Shown: positions 26,101 to 29,110 of the stretch, in pieces
Layout: the number at the start of each line of letters is the position of its first letter
How positions within the stretch are numbered: position 1 is the stretch's first letter
Origin: Candidatus Thorarchaeota archaeon
Lineage (GTDB): Archaea > Asgardarchaeota > Thorarchaeia > Thorarchaeales > Thorarchaeaceae
Length of the DNA stretch: 29,110 nucleotides
Reading direction: 5' to 3'
Assembly: GCA_003345595.1 (NCBI GenBank)
Contig: PRDI01000061.1
Location: 1 to 29,110, forward strand
Program-made: the position numbers and the translations under genes
Notes under the pieces: model-generated
Database searches by the model: none
What the model saw: only the letters and a program-made list of their open reading frames with translations
What the model was told of the DNA's origin: nothing

Positions 26101-28983
26101 AAGGTCAGTCATGTAGTAGCAGTTGTCCCTGCTTTCCCACCAGTACTGGGCGATCTTGAGGATGTTGCTCCCGTAGCGAACATACCAGAGCATAGTCATG
26201 TCGCCGGTAAGTTCCGCCTCATCGTAGAGAACAAAGCTGGCAAGATTGCTCTTGTAGTATTCAGAACCACCCTCATGGATGACTCCGTAGATGTCCAGCC
26301 AGAAGTAGTTGTAGTAGGAGCCATTGTAGTAGTCGCGCTCCCACTCCATCGTGGTCAGGAACGAGTCGCCTGTGAAGGTTGTTGCATTGTAGATGTGGAT
26401 TGTCTTGGAGTAGGTCACATAGATGTTCGTTCCGTTGGTCAGCTCGTATCTGTAGACGTCGTTGCCTGTAGCCGGATCCCAGTGGTCAAAGTAGAACATG
26501 TTAGTGTAGGAACTGCCACTCCATGGATCGTAAGTTTCGCGTACTTTCAGTGGGAGATTCTGACCATTAATGACGATATACGGCACTTCTGTGCCCACAA
26601 GAGGATTGGCGGAGAGAGTTGAGTTGTGGAAGGCAAGCTGGCTATGATCAATTGGGTCTAGATATACTCGTTCACTCATGTAATCGAAGCTGTACACCCA
26701 CTCGCGGTCCCATGTCATGACTTCATGTTCACCATAAGAACCTGCATAGTCCTGATACCACGTGTTGTTCAGGAATGCATAGTCCCACCAGTATGATGAA
26801 TCTGGCACGGTTGGATTCATGCTCATAAGGAATGAGGCATAGAGGTCTCCTTCGCCAGTCCAAGTGTTGAAGTCAGAAGTAACGCAGAAGTCGGGGCTGA
26901 TCGCCGTTTCTGCACTTCTACGGTTCAAGTACTCGGTCTGCCACTGACTAGTCAGCTGGTTGTAGTACCAGTTCTGCCAGTGCCAGCCCTCCACCTCCAT
27001 CCATCGCCACTCTGAGAATTCGCCATAGACCCAGTTCCAGTATGCTGATTCAGGATCATACTCGTAGTGCCAGCCTGTCACATTGACATAGGCCCAGTCC
27101 ATGTAGGTTCCGAAAGTGTAGTTGTACTTGGCCGTCAAGTTGAACGCCCTGAGAGTAGGCGATCCATCCATATCGTAGTCTATCTCGTATAGAAGCTCCG
27201 ACCACCACTGCAACTCAGGTGTCCAGAAGCTGTCGTACGTACTCATGATGAACTGAACGCCGTCTATGTCCTCCGCGACAGAACCACCACCTTGTAGTCG
27301 ACCTTGGACCATGAAGTTGTCACCCTTGTCTGCCTGGAACATCCAGCCATTGGGCTCGGTCCCGTCTTCCCTGAGAATCTTGGCGATGGTCACTGGGGTT
27401 TCAATCGCGATCTGCTTGGCCATCTGGTATTCTGATACAGTTTGCCTAGGATTGTCGCCCATAGTGGCAGACGAGTACGAATTGTGATCCGGACCCATGA
27501 CGAGGTCGTTGAACGAAAAGTAGTTGCTAGTCGTCGGAGGCATCAGAGATGTGAAGTGTCCAACAAAGTCCACGACATACTCTTTACCGATCTGGGACGC
27601 CGAACAAAGCGTGCCGTTGAGTTCATAGAGTACTGGAATATCGGGCGTCACTTCTTCGAGAACCATGATGTCCTGGTTGTACGTGCCTTCAGTGTACTCT
27701 TGGTACGGATATCCATAGTACATGTAACCGTAGTATGACTCGAAGCTTTCAGTTGTGCCGTTGTAGATGAACATCAGTTGTTTCTCGACCCAAGTATTCC
27801 TCTCGACAAGGGTCGGATCCATCTGGGAAGTGACGTTGTTCCAAATGTACTCAAGTGTTGTGAAGTTGATGTATTCCGATGTCCCAGTTGTCACCCACCT
27901 GCGTTCCGTGTGGGGCCCGTATGTCTGTTTCATATAGCTCACACTGATTGTGGCATTCCAGACATACGTGTCCAAAAGCTCATCGTACTCCCATGCGCCT
28001 GTTTCTGACACCACCTCAGAGTACCATCCGGTCACATTGACCAGTGTGTCAATCTGTGATGGCAGGTAGAAGTTGAGTCTGACATAATCGACCATCGGTC
28101 CGCTGATGTTAAAACGCATGATGAAGTCCTTGCTTCTGCTAATGGAGTATAGGTCGTCACCCTCCATGTCGAGCTTCTGAAGTGTGTAGGACCCTCCATA
28201 AGAGCGATTCCAGGCCTGACTAGGTGGCATGCCAACTGCAATTCCCCTGAACTCCCAGCCAGAACCATAGTTGTATGATCCTATCCAGTTCTGGTTGGTG
28301 TCCACAACAGACATGTCAAGCTGGTATAGACCCAGAGGGGTTTCAGAGGTGAATCTCACTACGAATGTGATGTAGTATGAAGATGCATCACTCGAGTTCG
28401 AGCACTCTAGTGGGAGAATGTCAACGAAACTGGCTGTCGGCGGGCCGCTAGGCCCGCCACTGGGGCCGCTCATGTTGTACTTGTTCGAAAAGGCGAACCA
28501 AGGCTCTTTCAACCCCGAGGTCTCGAAATTGAAATAGAAGTTTGCTGAGAAGTTCATCGTATTGCTCATATAGAAACCACGCACTTCGGCCCGGCCAAGC
28601 CCCGCGCCTGCGGTAAACACACCCTTGGGAACGGTCACAACGACATTGATCAGCTCATTGATCCCTGCATAGCTCTCCTCAGTGAAGAGAGTCCCGTTCT
28701 CGTGGTAGTAAACCTCAAACGTGGGACGCGGCCCGAAGAGCCAGTTCCTGTTCTGCCAGCTCCATTCATCGTTCGTGCTGTTCTGGTCCTGATTCCACCA
28801 CACTTGCGTACCAGCCTCGGGGCTTTGGGCCACAGTAGGCAGCAGAGTCCCCGTATCGACCGTACGGCTCATCTCTCCAGACGATGGCGCATAGGGCGCC
28901 GCTCCGGAGTTGAGCATGGAAAGAAAGAAGATCATAACAGCAAGAACTGAGAATAGTGCTCTCTTGCTGCTTCTAGCGTTCAT
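23146..28983 (-). CDS. Giant (1945 aa) secreted, C-terminally membrane-anchored Trp/Tyr-rich surface glycoprotein (S-layer/adhesin-like)
   Basis: Sec-type signal (SSKRALFSVLAVMIFFLSML), more than 30 NxS/T sequons by eye count, acidic/aromatic composition, a C-terminal Ig-like domain, Thr-rich linker TTTQTITQTGTG, TM MLVLVAGSVVVALIVLAAM and RRRH tail. Confidence 0.9.
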   Translation of the reverse strand: MNARSSKRALFSVLAVMIFFLSMLNSGAAPYAPSSGEMSRTVDTGTLLPTVAQSPEAGTQVWWNQDQNSTNDEWSWQNRNWLFGPRPTFEVYYHENGTLFTEESYAGINELINVVVTVPKGVFTAGAGLGRAEVRGFYMSNTMNFSANFYFNFETSGLKEPWFAFSNKYNMSGPSGGPSGPPTASFVDILPLECSNSSDASSYYITFVVRFTSETPLGLYQLDMSVVDTNQNWIGSYNYGSGWEFRGIAVGMPPSQAWNRSYGGSYTLQKLDMEGDDLYSISRSKDFIMRFNISGPMVDYVRLNFYLPSQIDTLVNVTGWYSEVVSETGAWEYDELLDTYVWNATISVSYMKQTYGPHTERRWVTTGTSEYINFTTLEYIWNNVTSQMDPTLVERNTWVEKQLMFIYNGTTESFESYYGYMYYGYPYQEYTEGTYNQDIMVLEEVTPDIPVLYELNGTLCSASQIGKEYVVDFVGHFTSLMPPTTSNYFSFNDLVMGPDHNSYSSATMGDNPRQTVSEYQMAKQIAIETPVTIAKILREDGTEPNGWMFQADKGDNFMVQGRLQGGGSVAEDIDGVQFIMSTYDSFWTPELQWWSELLYEIDYDMDGSPTLRAFNLTAKYNYTFGTYMDWAYVNVTGWHYEYDPESAYWNWVYGEFSEWRWMEVEGWHWQNWYYNQLTSQWQTEYLNRRSAETAISPDFCVTSDFNTWTGEGDLYASFLMSMNPTVPDSSYWWDYAFLNNTWYQDYAGSYGEHEVMTWDREWVYSFDYMSERVYLDPIDHSQLAFHNSTLSANPLVGTEVPYIVINGQNLPLKVRETYDPWSGSSYTNMFYFDHWDPATGNDVYRYELTNGTNIYVTYSKTIHIYNATTFTGDSFLTTMEWERDYYNGSYYNYFWLDIYGVIHEGGSEYYKSNLASFVLYDEAELTGDMTMLWYVRYGSNILKIAQYWWESRDNCYYMTDLEGNYYRMYWDEVRCVYTAMIDGVMYDITYPCNYYAGTYGISEVMLVYQNIYYSYYSAIDGTNYEMPYPDAGAQSTCDLSNTASSGGKVPTIKSVEYSENTYPVYGETQTEAYANIEGVSYRLNKLYLEHSMAQDTHVWSPVVIGYAIEVGTMDVNLQFAKVGTINYTAPYPDGWPSCEDVDGNYRYVYHLLNGTNWLANRSMATQVFEYQVNGSTFYSTRMYPDCYSEGNYTHYYYTALNGTQIRVPTWESLSYSAIYLVYMFDNGSYYLFDFMGSRYTHQGISGYTVSGFRILNSTYPGELFVKTEGVAHPIYEFTYFGTPVTATAGFESIHKTRFTWGYPVIYGPTPIECAVYRNFQSFIVGIPEWGMWGIKNWVMSPDDGALDLDGDLETTDDQYFVLQLYNSMNAYSHEWNFMQVYLTWNPNATMYGDEMNINSWLGLNTYTWSYTWSQTFYWFHAADSEQLDSIEMQQVKDIMLTPENDSRPGYWDIAWMARNVTWADIVAQAVASGWDWITSNEQSWTWLSFGISQDYGTTYTQGDVEHWLDVGVHYEFSGLMIWNDTDSDSLMDVDPMSPQGGDLSHYLIPDAAGGVEFVTPGMAYNNTEASGSIDRELTDEITWGVTFYDVNGTAYPYTLSGYWGWYDRMMTGVDLRSFDDRPTKVTIDELSFLVHFQGHLNVTSMNNYAVLKVDNYVGNWDVDMTGGRANLENRSLALSYLADVRMADFSFKANGSFTGSESTVAADTFELETAGARFAEMIMGGTTYDWSKNTTAPYDVVSCTTPAGTFRAAYESESSMSATGWAFSTGLYYVTIGFPHWDGCSVYQDPVFVGYVSNQGVQSGPGGVAFSSFTLFPTVPQATDSVTVTVQVLGAEGVSVNSVDLQYSTDQMTWTTTSMSYFFGSYQGQIPPHAEGVNVYYRVVAHTNVGDVTSIVLLYRVGQGAITTTQTITQTGTGIPTEMLVLVAGSVVVALIVLAAMRRRH

Positions 28984-29110
28984 ATTAATCGTGTCCCCTT
29001 GCGCACCGCAGTTTCACAGATTTGTCAGGTTTACATGGCCACGCATATCCGGATGAAACGGACAGAAGAATCTGGGCGCGCTATTAGGATATATGAGAGC
29101 CTGCGAGTCA

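Noticed and set aside
25777-26622. 281-aa plus-strand ORF and other long antisense ORFs (e.g. 1443-1979, 11700-12317, 12846-13451, 20740-21309)
   Set aside because: Antisense shadows of well-supported genes. The Val-rich composition of the 281-aa ORF mirrors Tyr/Asn/Asp codons on the real strand.
1-29110. CRISPR arrays, IS elements/transposases, integrases, reverse transcriptase/DGR repeats, inteins, rRNA, SRP or RNase P RNA
   Set aside because: No periodic repeats, long duplicated DNA or diagnostic motifs were seen by eye, and ThrRS and MutL are uninterrupted.

Overview
Gene-dense archaeal chromosomal segment with no rRNA, tRNA, CRISPR array or mobile element detected. The host is probably an Asgard archaeon such as Thorarchaeia. 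This is inferred from GGAGG/AGGTGA Shine-Dalgarno (SD) motifs, TATA-like promoters, membrane-anchored surface proteins rich in N-glycosylation sequons, and the presence of MutL with Rpe/Tal; it is not proven. Contents in order: the 3' part of an M20 peptidase; a small two-TM protein; a translationally coupled tandem pair of cytoplasmic DUF4140/DUF4139 (TIGR02231/MuiA-like) paralogs; a complete dpp/opp-type peptide ABC operon (A-B-C-D-F, minus strand); a bacterial-type ThrRS lacking the TGS domain; a 4-TM membrane protein; an orphan duplicated MacB/FtsX permease; a rubredoxin with a Pro/Lys-rich N-terminal tail; rpe; tal; a YtcJ-like amidohydrolase coupled to mutL; a YbjN-like protein; and a 1945-aa Trp/Tyr-rich, C-terminally anchored surface glycoprotein. 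Best leads: (1) a highly structured RNA element between dppA and dppB, with a perfect 13-bp stem, nested helices and an anti-SD that can pair with the dppB ribosome-binding site; (2) the DUF4139 paralog pair as a candidate heteromeric complex of unknown function; (3) the architecture of the giant surface protein; (4) the tailed rubredoxin.
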